Assembly (NCBI GenBank): GCA_958295745.1
Contig: OY282370.1
Coordinates: 1,162,311-1,226,310, forward strand
Direction of reading: 5' to 3'
From: an uncultured Acidimicrobiia bacterium
Lineage (GTDB): Bacteria; Actinomycetota; Acidimicrobiia; Spongiisociales; Spongiisociaceae
DNA length: 64,000 nt
The first letter of the stretch is position 1, and the number at the start of each line of letters is the position of its first letter. A program made the translations under genes and the position numbers. The notes under the pieces are model-generated. The model was not told where the DNA came from, searched no databases, and worked only from the letters and a program-made list of their open reading frames with translations. This document shows, piece after piece, positions 46,491 through 56,105 of the stretch.

Positions 46491-47876
46491 ATGTTTACCC
46501 AGGATGCCCCGAACGGCTTGGAGGTGGTCCTGGCCGAGGCCGACGGCCGGCCGTCCGATGCCGATATGCGCCGGTCATGGTCAGCGCGCCGGGCGGGGCG
46601 GGTCTCTCCGGTGCTGTTGGCGGTTTTCTTTTCCACCCTTGATGGAGTGCGGGTGTCTCTGTGCGGACCGACCGACCCTCAGCCCGCGTACCACGCCATC
46701 GAAGTATCACGGGTCGAACGGTTGGTCAGGGCGGCGTTGGATCAGCCCAGCCATCATGCGGCCACCCGATTCCTGCAAACGGCCCTCCCCGAACTGGGAA
46801 CCTCGGTACCTGGACTCCGCCACATCGGGCTGATGGCCGCCGGAATCCTCACAGATGAAGTTCCCAAGATGACCGAGTGGCCGGCGGCGGTCGGGCGGGC
46901 CGCGCCATTGCTGATGACGAGGGATCGCACACTCTTCGAGCGGTTGGGGTACTGCATAGAAGACCTGGGCGCCAACACCAGGATGCTCACCATCGAAGGC
47001 CGTAGACGGGCTGTGGCCGTGTTCTGCAACGAGGACGAGCTGTTCGACGCTCCGGCCGTGCGGTTCGGAGGCGCAACCCCGGCGTCATTTGCCTTGACGG
47101 TCGCCGACGCGCAAGAGGTCGATTGGGCGATCCTCACCCGCACTTCGGAAATCCGCCTCTGCGCTGCACGGAGCGGCGTCGGTATGGATCGCGAGCAACG
47201 GGGCAAGGCCTTCGTAGAATTGAACCTGGCCTTGCTGTCCCCTGAACAGGCCGGTTACCTGGACCTGCTGTTCTCGGCGGACGCCCTCACGGACCACGGA
47301 ACGCTGGAGAAGATACTGGACAGATCGAACAGGTTTGCCGCTGTACGGACTCAGGAGGGTCCCATGACCGAAAACCAAGGACAAATCGGGTGCATCGAGG
47401 GGGAGACCATCATGCTGGAGCGGCGATCCGATGGCATCGCGTTGGCCGTAGGCGAAGTAGAAGTCAGACTGTCTACAGGGGGTGTGGGCCGCCTGGTCGA
47501 CTGGCTGTCTTCCTACCTCGACCAGCCGGACGACTCCCCGGTGATTCCCTCCGATGACCCGCCACCGGAGAAAGAACCCGGGCACCGGAAGAAGCCCGAA
47601 AGACATCACTACAAGGTCCCCGACCTGATAGCGGCCGGCCTTTTGGATGTCGGAACGGTTCTCATCTTGACCTATAACGACAGAGAGCATTACGCCGCGG
47701 TCGCCGCGGATGGACAGATCGAAGTGGCCGGGCAGTCTTTCAGTGCGCCTTCCGGAGCCTGTAGACACGTGACCGGCTGGTCGACCTGTAATGGATGGAA
47801 GGCATGGAAGGATCCCGAGGGGCGTACTCTGGCGGAGCTCCGCAACCAGCTGAGAGAGATGCGGTCGGATGGGTGA
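46491..47876 (+). CDS. Chimeric ORF: N-terminal third of a type IIG methylase protein fused in frame to a RAMA-domain protein
   Basis: The N-part (VERLVRAALDQP..HAATRFL...YLDLLFSADAL...SNRFA) stops before any methylase motif. An internal AGGAGG + ATG lies at 47364. The C-terminal DLIAAGLL...APSGA...CNGWKAW...TLAELR is RAMA-like. Confidence 0.7.
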   Translation: MFTQDAPNGLEVVLAEADGRPSDADMRRSWSARRAGRVSPVLLAVFFSTLDGVRVSLCGPTDPQPAYHAIEVSRVERLVRAALDQPSHHAATRFLQTALPELGTSVPGLRHIGLMAAGILTDEVPKMTEWPAAVGRAAPLLMTRDRTLFERLGYCIEDLGANTRMLTIEGRRRAVAVFCNEDELFDAPAVRFGGATPASFALTVADAQEVDWAILTRTSEIRLCAARSGVGMDREQRGKAFVELNLALLSPEQAGYLDLLFSADALTDHGTLEKILDRSNRFAAVRTQEGPMTENQGQIGCIEGETIMLERRSDGIALAVGEVEVRLSTGGVGRLVDWLSSYLDQPDDSPVIPSDDPPPEKEPGHRKKPERHHYKVPDLIAAGLLDVGTVLILTYNDREHYAAVAADGQIEVAGQSFSAPSGACRHVTGWSTCNGWKAWKDPEGRTLAELRNQLREMRSDG

Positions 47877-48456
47877 ACCGCCTCCAAACCAGGCCGTCGA
47901 GCCGAAGCCAGAGCTGGCTGTCAACCGGGGCGGGCGGACGGTGGCCGACTCGCTCAACGGGTTCATCGCCCATGCGGCCGCCGATTTCGTCGGGGGCGCC
48001 CGTCTCGACATCGCCACCGCCTACTTCAACGTGGGCGGCTATTCGCTGCTGGCCGACTCGCTCGATCATGTCACCGGCGCCCGGATCCTGCTGGGTGCGG
48101 CGCCTGCCCCGCCCGAGAAACGCCGGCGTGCGCTGGGTTCGGAGTCGGTCGTTCCGGAGCGGGCGGCCCGGGAACGTATGCGCCGGGCGATGGAAAACCA
48201 CGAGCGCGATCTCACCGCCGACCGGGACCTGATCGGGTTCTCGGCGGAAGCGGACGAGAACGCCCGGCGGCTGGTCGGCTGGCTCCGATCGGGGAAGGTG
48301 GAGGTGCGCCGTCTGGAGGGGCGTTTCCTGCACGACTTTGACAAACTAGGGCAACGTGATATAATTTATTACCTGGGCTGTGAGTCGCTTTGGGTCACCG
48401 AGGTGCATCGGTCTAGCCCGGTCGGGGCTCGCTTTGGCGGGCCCCGACTTCTATAA
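47869..48456 (+). pseudogene. Truncated N-terminal PLD domain of a PLD-SNF2 helicase
   Basis: LDIATAYFNVGGY...RILLG...VEVRR...FLH, then homology and GC content break at about 48335 where HxK is expected; no helicase motifs. Confidence 0.72.
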
Positions 48457-48459
48457 GGA

Positions 48460-49248
48460 TTACCTTAGAGGCCAAGGTTGCCTCCAGGTTTTTAGTTGAC
48501 TAGCCACATAGTTGTGCATTAACTGTTTCACAACGGTGTCCCATTTATTATTACTAAGGTTCCTTTGAATTATTTGGTTGCGATTAATAATGTATGCAAC
48601 CAGATCAGCCAGTTGAATGCCCCTGTTTCGTTCCGACTTGTCAAAGTATATCCTATCAACAAAGTGATCAAGGGTGATGTTGATCCCGTATGTAGTTCCT
48701 ATAGGTCCACCCAGTTCCAGCATCTCATTCATCAGATCAATGGAATACTGCTCCTGTTCATGATTCTCATCCGCCACGAGAAGAATTCGCCTGCTTAGAC
48801 TATCCTCTTGGACATTAGGCTGTGTGATCCATTTTTCTAACTTTTCGATAAGAAACTGAAGTGCAAATAGATGAGGATTTGGATCGCTATAGTTCCTGTG
48901 AGCCAATGCTTCTTTGTAGATTGACGCGTAAGCAACGCCCGCCTCTACTTGGCTTAAAACAGATAAGGCTTTAGAGTACTCATCAATTCGTTGGCGAGGA
49001 CATACATTCTTCCATTCGCCCCGACCACCAAAAAGGTCGCTACCGCGGTACTCTGTCAAGGGGTTAGTCGTTGGTGCTTGGGAAGCGAGTTCATTGAGTC
49101 GTGAGTTCATCTCCCGTATTCGATCTTCTCTTACCATTACTGCAGCGATCAGATGAAAAGGCTGGTCAGGATCATCAAGCCGACGGCCGGTGTTTCCTGA
49201 TTCGTCAAGATAGCATATCAGAATTTGGTATCCTTTCCATATTGCCAT
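48460..49248 (-). CDS. DUF3800 domain protein (RNase H-like fold), low GC
   Basis: CYLDESGNTG N-terminal motif and GIQLADLVAY C-terminal motif. Confidence 0.8.
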   Translation of the reverse strand: MAIWKGYQILICYLDESGNTGRRLDDPDQPFHLIAAVMVREDRIREMNSRLNELASQAPTTNPLTEYRGSDLFGGRGEWKNVCPRQRIDEYSKALSVLSQVEAGVAYASIYKEALAHRNYSDPNPHLFALQFLIEKLEKWITQPNVQEDSLSRRILLVADENHEQEQYSIDLMNEMLELGGPIGTTYGINITLDHFVDRIYFDKSERNRGIQLADLVAYIINRNQIIQRNLSNNKWDTVVKQLMHNYVASQLKTWRQPWPLR

Positions 49249-49282
49249 TTCTGGCCAAGCAGGTATCTAGTAGCTACTTTAG

Positions 49283-50222
49283 CCTGAATCCACCGGTGTG
49301 GTGGCGGTTGGGGGTGGAAATGTTAGGAAGTGCCTTTCTGACCTGGGATGATAGCCGTAGTCTGGCGAGGTCCTAGGAGCCCGCCTGCGCGGGGGCTTCA
49401 CGGCGGGGGAACACCCATTTCGTTGCTGAGGCCGTTCGCCGGGCCCGCCAGGCCGGGGCCTGTGGTTCTGTTGTGGTGCGGGCCGATGCGGGTTCTGGTC
49501 CTACGGTTTGATCGAGGCGTTGGACCGTCTGGGGGCCGGCTGGTCGATAACCGTTCCGCTCCGCTCCCATGTCCGGGCTGCTGTCGAAGCGATCCCGGAG
49601 TCTCGGACTGTACCTCTATTGATTATCCCGAAGGCGGAGAAGCCCAGGTAGTCGAGACGGCCATCACCTCATCCGCCCGCCACGGCAACCCTCGGATACG
49701 CATAGTCGTACGCAGAACCCGACTGATTAGTAGCCAAGCCGAGCTATGGCCCAATTGGCGATTCCACCCCTTCGCCACCAACACCGCACAACCCCCTGCC
49801 GAAGCTGACCTCTACCACCGCCGCCACGCCAAAGTAGAGCTCGCCATCCGCGACCTCAAAGAAGCCTCCGGCCTCGCTCATCTCCCATCAGGGACTTCTT
49901 CGCCAACGCCGCCTGGCTGGCCTGCGCGGTGCTCGCCCACAACCTCTACCGGTGGATCAACCACAGCGGCCGCAACATTCTCCGCCTGCCCGCCCGATGG
50001 CCCTGGGCCACCCAATACCAAACCACCCTACGGAACCTCCGCCGCCTACCCCAGCTCAGCTGACCCCCCCTTCGACACGCGGTACCCCCCCGCCTGAACC
50101 CCACACGCCCAAACCACCCCTCGCCATCCAGCATCCACCACCCCGGCTCCACCAACCACTAAAACCACCACTAGGCCACCACCCCAAACCACCCCACCAC
50201 CAAACGAATCGGTGGATTCAGG
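49283..50222 (+). mobile_element. Internally deleted IS1380-family element (940 bp)
   Basis: Perfect 13-bp terminal inverted repeats cctgaatccaccg (49283-49295) / cggtggattcagg (50210-50222); flanks tttag/tttaa form an imperfect TSD. Confidence 0.8.
49373..49975 (+). pseudogene. Frameshifted 3' half of an IS1380-family DDE transposase
   Basis: Pieces VVVRADAG(F), HAKVELAIRDLK and NAAWLACAVLAHNLYRW lie in different frames. Confidence 0.8.
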
Positions 50223-50277
50223 TTTAAGCGGCTGACCCGCCGGCAGCCCCGACCGAAAGACACCGGCAGGGTGTCGG

Positions 50278-51300
50278 TCAGCGGCCTCGCAGGGTGTCTT
50301 CGAGGAGATGTTCCCATTCGCGGTCGAACCCTTCCTCGGTGTGCCGTCGGCAGGCCGCCCGGTGACCGCCGCCCTCCGGGATCAGATATTGGTGAGATTC
50401 GCATCCGGCCGCCGCGGCCGGGCAGCGGTTCCTGAACACGCAGCCCGCCTCGGGTCGGTCCGAGTCGTCGTCCATGAGGAAAGCGGCGGCGGCCGGGGCG
50501 AGCGGATTGGCCGGCACGGTGGGTATCAGCTCTTCGAGCAGGCGCATGTAAGGATGGCGGGAATTGCGAAAAACATCCTCGGTGGCGCCCAGCTCGACCA
50601 GCCTCCCCTTGTACATGACGGCGGTCCGGTCGGAGTGGGCCCGCACCAGCCGCAGGTCATGGGATATGAACAGGTAGCTCATCTCGTACACGTCCCGCAG
50701 CTCGGCCAGCAGGGCGATTATCTGGCCCTGGATGGAAGCGTCCAGCGCCGAAGTCGGCTCGTCGAGCACCAGCAGGTCGGGCCGGATGGCGATCGCCCTG
50801 GCTATGGCCACCCGCTGTTGCTGGCCGCCGCTCATCTCGTGGGGATACTTGGGCAGATCGGACGCTCCCAATCCCACCGCCCGCAGCGCCTCCAGCACCC
50901 GCCCCTCCAGCTCGGAACCGGTGAGGCCTTCGTGGTGTTTGATCGGCTGGGCCACGATCGAAGCCGCCCGCATCCGAGGATCGAGCGATCCCTGCGGGTC
51001 CTGGAAAACCATCTGGGCCTTGCGCCGGAAACCCTTCAGCTCGCCGCCCCGCAACGGCAGAATGTCGGTGCCTTCGAAGATGACCTTCCCCTCGGTGGGT
51101 TCGATGAGGCGGAGGACGCAGCGGCCGAGCGTGGTCTTTCCGCTCCCTGATTCGCCCACTACGGCCAGGGTCTCCCCTTTGCCCAAACGGACCGACACGT
51201 CCTCGACCGCGTAGGTGGGGGCCCTCCGGGACCAGAAGGTGCCCGCCCCGGCGAATATCTTGGTCAGGCCTTGGACTTCGAGGAGATCACTCATGATCAC
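50278..51300 (-). CDS. Dpp/Opp ABC ATPase (DppF/OppF-like)
   Basis: GESGSGKTT, MSGGQQQR, LDEPTSALD, ISHD, C-terminal FeS-like Cys motif. Confidence 0.94.
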   Translation of the reverse strand: MIMSDLLEVQGLTKIFAGAGTFWSRRAPTYAVEDVSVRLGKGETLAVVGESGSGKTTLGRCVLRLIEPTEGKVIFEGTDILPLRGGELKGFRRKAQMVFQDPQGSLDPRMRAASIVAQPIKHHEGLTGSELEGRVLEALRAVGLGASDLPKYPHEMSGGQQQRVAIARAIAIRPDLLVLDEPTSALDASIQGQIIALLAELRDVYEMSYLFISHDLRLVRAHSDRTAVMYKGRLVELGATEDVFRNSRHPYMRLLEELIPTVPANPLAPAAAAFLMDDDSDRPEAGCVFRNRCPAAAAGCESHQYLIPEGGGHRAACRRHTEEGFDREWEHLLEDTLRGR

Positions 51301-52250
51301 TCATACAGATGGCACCTCACCAGCCGGCCGCCGGTCGAAACGGCGAGGGGCGCAAGGTCGGCGCACGGCTCGAATACCTTCGGGCAACGGGGATGGAACG
51401 GACATCCCCCGGTAGGCGTGAACGGATCCGGAGGAGAGCCGGGGATATAGCTGGCCCGCCCGCCTTCATCCGCGAAATCGGCCGCTTTCAGCAACCCGGT
51501 CGAATAGGGATGGAGAGGCTGGCGGCCCACCTCGGCAACCCCTCCCCGCTCCACCACCTGCCCGCTGTACATGACCGCCACCGAATCGCACACCCCGCTC
51601 ACCAGGCTGATGTCGTGGGTGATGATCATCGCCGTCTTGCCGGTCTCTTTTATGACCCGGCCGATCTCGACGAACAATCGGGTCTGGGTGGCTGCGTCGA
51701 GGCCGGTGGCGGGCTCGTCGGCGATGAGCAGCTCCGGGTCGCAGGCCAAAGTCAGAGCCAGCAAGGCCCGCTGGGCCATCCCGCCGCTCAGCTGGTGGGG
51801 GTAGCTGGCCAGCACTCGGTCTATATCGCGCAAACCCAAGGATCGCAGCATGAGGCGCGCCTCTTCCCGAGCCCGGCGCTTGCCGTGACCCCTGACCTTC
51901 CGGTAAACGGTGCGGAGCTGGTTGCCCACCGTGAACACCGGGTTGAGGCTTTCCCGCGGGTTCTGGAACATGATGCCGATCCGGCGGCCGCGCACCTTTT
52001 CCATCTCCTCCTCGGTAAAAGTCAGCAGGTCCATTCCGTCGAAGAGTATCTGCCCCCTGCCGGCCGAAGCGGCGGAGGGGAGCAACCCCATAACCGCCCG
52101 GGCGGTCAGGCTCTTTCCCGATCCGGACTCGCCCACCAACCCCACGATCTCACCGGCTTCGATATCGAGGTCGAGGCCCCGCACCGCATAACCGAAGCGC
52201 TCCTGATGCCGGAGCTCTATGTCGAGATCGCGTATGGAAAGAAGGGCCAT
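51297..52250 (-). CDS. Dpp/Opp ABC ATPase (DppD/OppD-like)
   Basis: GESGSGKS, LSGGMAQR, ADEPATGLD, GCPFHPRC. Confidence 0.94.
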   Translation of the reverse strand: MALLSIRDLDIELRHQERFGYAVRGLDLDIEAGEIVGLVGESGSGKSLTARAVMGLLPSAASAGRGQILFDGMDLLTFTEEEMEKVRGRRIGIMFQNPRESLNPVFTVGNQLRTVYRKVRGHGKRRAREEARLMLRSLGLRDIDRVLASYPHQLSGGMAQRALLALTLACDPELLIADEPATGLDAATQTRLFVEIGRVIKETGKTAMIITHDISLVSGVCDSVAVMYSGQVVERGGVAEVGRQPLHPYSTGLLKAADFADEGGRASYIPGSPPDPFTPTGGCPFHPRCPKVFEPCADLAPLAVSTGGRLVRCHLYE

Positions 52251-52256
52251 GTCCGC

Positions 52257-53129
52257 CTATCCCCCTTGGCGCGGGTCCAGCATGTCCCGCAGACCGTCGC
52301 CGATCAGGTTGAGCGAGATCACCGTGATGATGATCGCCGAACCGGGAAAGAGCCACACCCACCACTCGCCGGTGACGGCCGACTCGAGGCCGATAGAGAT
52401 CATCGAACCCCATTCGGGGGTGGGCACCTGGGCGCCCAGACCCAGGAAACCGAGCAGCGAGATGAGCAGGATGGCGCCCCCCACGTTGATCATCAGCTGG
52501 ATGATCAGGGGGCGCACCCCGTTGGGGATGATATGGCGGAACACGATGGCGGGAGTGCGCAGCCCTATGGCGCGGGCACTCTCCACGTAAGCCCGCTCCC
52601 GGAGCGAGAAAGCCTGCGCCCGCATGGTCCGCACGTAGTAGGTGAGCTGGACGAGCGAGATGACCCCGGTGAGTACGACCACGGAATGGCCCAGCACCGA
52701 CACCACGGCCAAGGCGATGATGAAGGCGGGGAAGGCTTGGAGGGCTTCGATCACCCGGCTCACCAGCTCGTCGGTGCGTCCTCCTATATAGCCCGAGAAA
52801 CCCCCGATGATCACCCCGATGGTCATCCCGACCGCCGCCGCCGCCATCGCCACGAACAGGTCGTAACGGCCGGCCGCGAAGATGCGGGTCATTATGTCCA
52901 TGCCGTAGAGGTCGGTGCCGAAGAGGTGTTCGGAGTTGGGCGGCAGCAGCTGGCGGCCCGCCACCGTCTCGGTCGGGCCGTGGGGGCTCAAGAAAGGCAC
53001 GATGATCGACCCCAACAGGATCGGGGAGAACAGGATCAGGCCCACCACCAAAGACGGGTAGCGATTGAGCCGCCTCAACCGGACGGCCAGACCGGTCTTT
53101 TCCCGCGCCGACGGGCTGACCATCGTCAT
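52257..53129 (-). CDS. Dpp/Opp ABC permease (DppC-like)
   Basis: FGTDLYGMD, YVESARAIG, LGFLGLGAQVPTPEWG; start at the ATGA overlap (53129). Confidence 0.92.
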   Translation of the reverse strand: MTMVSPSAREKTGLAVRLRRLNRYPSLVVGLILFSPILLGSIIVPFLSPHGPTETVAGRQLLPPNSEHLFGTDLYGMDIMTRIFAAGRYDLFVAMAAAAVGMTIGVIIGGFSGYIGGRTDELVSRVIEALQAFPAFIIALAVVSVLGHSVVVLTGVISLVQLTYYVRTMRAQAFSLRERAYVESARAIGLRTPAIVFRHIIPNGVRPLIIQLMINVGGAILLISLLGFLGLGAQVPTPEWGSMISIGLESAVTGEWWVWLFPGSAIIITVISLNLIGDGLRDMLDPRQGG

Positions 53130-54145
53130 CGGTACTCGATCCTCGGATCGATGACCGCCTGCACGATATCCACGAAGAGGTTGAGGGCCGCGTAGAGCAC
53201 CACGGAGAAGAGCACGAAGCCCTGGACGGCGTTCAGGTCGGCTTTGCGGGCCGATTCGATGGCGTACCGGCCCACTCCCGGCCATGAGAATATGACTTCG
53301 GTGGCCACCAGCCCGCCGATGGCGAAAGCCACAACGATGCCGAACACCGGAACCACCACCAGCAGAGCGTGCTTCAGTGCGTATTTGTAGAAGATCAGCC
53401 GGTTGGGCAACCCGTGGCCCCGGGCCGCGAGCACCGCATCGGTGCTGAGGGATTCGATCATGGTCGCCCTGGTAAACCGCTGGAATCCGCCGGCGAGGAT
53501 GATTCCCAGACTTATGGCCGGCAATGCGATCATACGAAGCGATGAGACCAAGGCTTCGGTGTTGCCGGCCAGGATGCTGTCGACGATATACAGCCCGGTT
53601 ACGCCGTCGGGAGGGGTTATCCCGAACTCGATCCTTCCCAAAGGCGGGGGCGCCCAGTTCAGCACGAAGAAGAACATCCATATCGCGAATATCCCGAACA
53701 GGAACTCGGGCGTGGCGATGGCGCCCAAAGAGACCAACCGCAGCCCGAAGTCGGCGAAACGGTCCCGGTAGCGGGCCGCGATCACCCCGGTAGCGATTCC
53801 TAGAGGCACCGCAATGAGCAGCGCCAGCCCGGCCAGCTCCACCGAGGCCGGAACACGGGAAGCCAGGTCGGTGGTCACCGGCTGTCCGGTGTGCCAGGCC
53901 ACCCCGAGGTCGCCCCTCAGCACGTCCCCGATCCAGATCACGTACTGCTGGACCAGCGGCTTGTCCAACCCCAGCTGGCGGGTGATGAGCTCCACCCGCT
54001 CCGGGGTTCGGAAAGGCCCGGCGATCAGATCCACTGCGCTGCCCGGCATGGCCCGGAGGACGATGAAGGTGAAGACGCTGACGAGGAACAGCATGGGGAC
54101 GACTATCAGCAGCCGTTTCCCCACGAAAAAGGCCAGGTTCCTCAT
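53126..54145 (-). CDS. Dpp/Opp ABC permease (DppB-like)
   Basis: MPGSAV, AARGHGL, IFSWPGVG, DPRI. Confidence 0.93.
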   Translation of the reverse strand: MRNLAFFVGKRLLIVVPMLFLVSVFTFIVLRAMPGSAVDLIAGPFRTPERVELITRQLGLDKPLVQQYVIWIGDVLRGDLGVAWHTGQPVTTDLASRVPASVELAGLALLIAVPLGIATGVIAARYRDRFADFGLRLVSLGAIATPEFLFGIFAIWMFFFVLNWAPPPLGRIEFGITPPDGVTGLYIVDSILAGNTEALVSSLRMIALPAISLGIILAGGFQRFTRATMIESLSTDAVLAARGHGLPNRLIFYKYALKHALLVVVPVFGIVVAFAIGGLVATEVIFSWPGVGRYAIESARKADLNAVQGFVLFSVVLYAALNLFVDIVQAVIDPRIEYR

Positions 54146-54173
54146 CTTCTACAAGGCAACGGGTGGGAGGGGC

Positions 54174-54202
54174 CGGGTCCGGACGTCGAAGCCCCGGACC
54201 CG
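54174..54202 (-). terminator. Hairpin between the SBP and permease genes
   Basis: 9-bp stem cgggtccgg/ccggacccg. Confidence 0.55.
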
Positions 54203-54225
54203 ACCCGCTCTCGGGCGCCTACGCG

Positions 54226-55971
54226 CTACTTCTCGAGAAAGGCGAAGTAGACCGACTCGTCCTCGTTGGTGAGAAGGAAACCCTTGAGATCCGAGCTGAG
54301 TATCTGGATCTGGTTGGGCTGCGCGATCGGGATGAACCCGATGTCCTGCTCCCACAAGGCCTGCGCCTCCTGCGCCGGGACGATGGCATCCTCGGTGGTG
54401 GCCGCCACCTTCATATCCTCGACCAGCTGGTCCACCGCGGGGTTGTTGTACGTGATCGAACAGGTCGTCCCCGAATGGAGCAACAGGTTGGACGTGTACC
54501 ACACCTCGGGCAACCAGGGGGTGCACGGGACGATCGCCATGTCGAAGTCCTCCTGCCCGGGGCTGATCAACCCGAAGAACTCCGCTCCGGTAACGGTGCG
54601 GACCCCGAGGTCTATCCCGGCCTGGGCCAGATCGCTCTGGATCAGAACCGTGGACGCCTCGATCTCGGGGAGGTCGCCGTAGACCAGCATCTCCGCTTCG
54701 AACCCGTCGGGGTATCCGGCTTCGGCCAGCAGCTCCTTGGCCTTCTCGATGTCCTGGCTGTAAGGCCAGGAATCCACCCAACCCTCGTGCCCGGTCGGGA
54801 ACGGCCCCAGCAGGCGCTGGGAGCTGCCGAAATAGACCTCGGCGATGATCCGGTCGTAGTCGATCGCCCAGGCCAAGGCCTGCCGGACCCTGAGGTCGTT
54901 GTAGGGCTCCTTGGTCTGGTTGAGGCCCAGATACCTCTGGGCGAAGGTCGGGAAGTCCAACACCTGGACGTCGTCCCCGGCTCTCTGGGCGGTGCGGGCC
55001 GACATCGCATAAGCGAGGTCGATAGCACCCTGCTGCACCAGCAACAATCGCTGCGCCTCCTCCGGCACCACCTGGTAGATGATCCGGGACCGCCCGGCGG
55101 AACTCGGATCCCACCATCCGGGGTTGGGCTCGAACACCATCCTCGTGCCGACATCGCGTTCGACCAAGACGTAAGGGCCGTACCCGGCCGGATTGCTCCG
55201 GGCGTACTCGTCGGCCCAAGGATCCTCTTCGGTCGCCTGCGACTCGAGCAGCGCCGAGTCGACGGCCGACATGACCGACAGCGAGAACACCCGCAATATC
55301 CGGGGGTTCGGCCTCGGCAGGGTTACCTGCAGCGTGTAGTCGTCGAGGAGCTGCACCTGTGCCATGTCGGATATCTCGGCCACGCCGAGCTCGAAGTCGG
55401 TGATGCTGCCGGGGTGGGCCAAGCCCCGCTCCCATGAGTAATGGAAGTCTTTGGCGCTCAAAGGATTCCCGCTGGGGAAACTGAGACCCTCCCTGATCTT
55501 GAAGGTGTAGACCGTCCCGTCCTCCGAGATGTCTATCGACTCGGCCAGGTTCGGCTCGACCTCGACCCTGCTCCACTCGTAGTGGCCCGGGGCCATGGGC
55601 GAAGGTATCACGGCATGACGGGTCAACCCCGCATAGAGGTTGATGTACATGTCGAGGTCGCGCACCCCCGTTACACCGTTGGGGTCGAAGGTGGCGATGT
55701 CGGTCGGCACCGCGATGGTCACCGTGCCCATCTCGGGGGCGGGCGCCTCGGTGGCAGCCGTCGGTTCGGCTTCGGCCGCCGGTTCGGCTGCCTCCGCCGC
55801 CGCTGCTGCCGCCGTTGTGGCGGGAGCAGCCGTGGTAGTCGTCTCTTCATCCGCCTCGCCCCCGCCGCAGGCCGCCGCTGCGAGCGCAAGCGCCAGCAAC
55901 AGGGCCAAAGCGGAAAGCGGCCCAGATATTCGTCCCCCGGTTCGTTGCCTTCTTCGATTCTGGTCCGCCAT
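54226..55971 (-). CDS. ABC substrate-binding lipoprotein, family 5
   Basis: Lipobox AAAAC, Ala/Glu/Thr linker, GYGPY, PYNDLRVRQALAWAID; start could be at 55989. Confidence 0.92.
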   Translation of the reverse strand: MADQNRRRQRTGGRISGPLSALALLLALALAAAACGGGEADEETTTTAAPATTAAAAAAEAAEPAAEAEPTAATEAPAPEMGTVTIAVPTDIATFDPNGVTGVRDLDMYINLYAGLTRHAVIPSPMAPGHYEWSRVEVEPNLAESIDISEDGTVYTFKIREGLSFPSGNPLSAKDFHYSWERGLAHPGSITDFELGVAEISDMAQVQLLDDYTLQVTLPRPNPRILRVFSLSVMSAVDSALLESQATEEDPWADEYARSNPAGYGPYVLVERDVGTRMVFEPNPGWWDPSSAGRSRIIYQVVPEEAQRLLLVQQGAIDLAYAMSARTAQRAGDDVQVLDFPTFAQRYLGLNQTKEPYNDLRVRQALAWAIDYDRIIAEVYFGSSQRLLGPFPTGHEGWVDSWPYSQDIEKAKELLAEAGYPDGFEAEMLVYGDLPEIEASTVLIQSDLAQAGIDLGVRTVTGAEFFGLISPGQEDFDMAIVPCTPWLPEVWYTSNLLLHSGTTCSITYNNPAVDQLVEDMKVAATTEDAIVPAQEAQALWEQDIGFIPIAQPNQIQILSSDLKGFLLTNEDESVYFAFLEK

Positions 55972-56105
55972 AGTCTCCATCCTATTCACGCGGTCATCTC
56001 CGCGCCTTTGGGAACTTAGGTAAAACTTACACCCAGGAAACCCGGCGCGTCCTGAGAATCGAGAAATTGTCCAAAGCGGTGAGATCTCCGACGAGATCGA
56101 GGCGC

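Noticed and set aside
49940-50210. C/A-rich low-complexity tract as a separate repeat system
   Set aside because: It lies inside the IS1380 ends and has no regular period; treated as the decayed 3' region of the IS.
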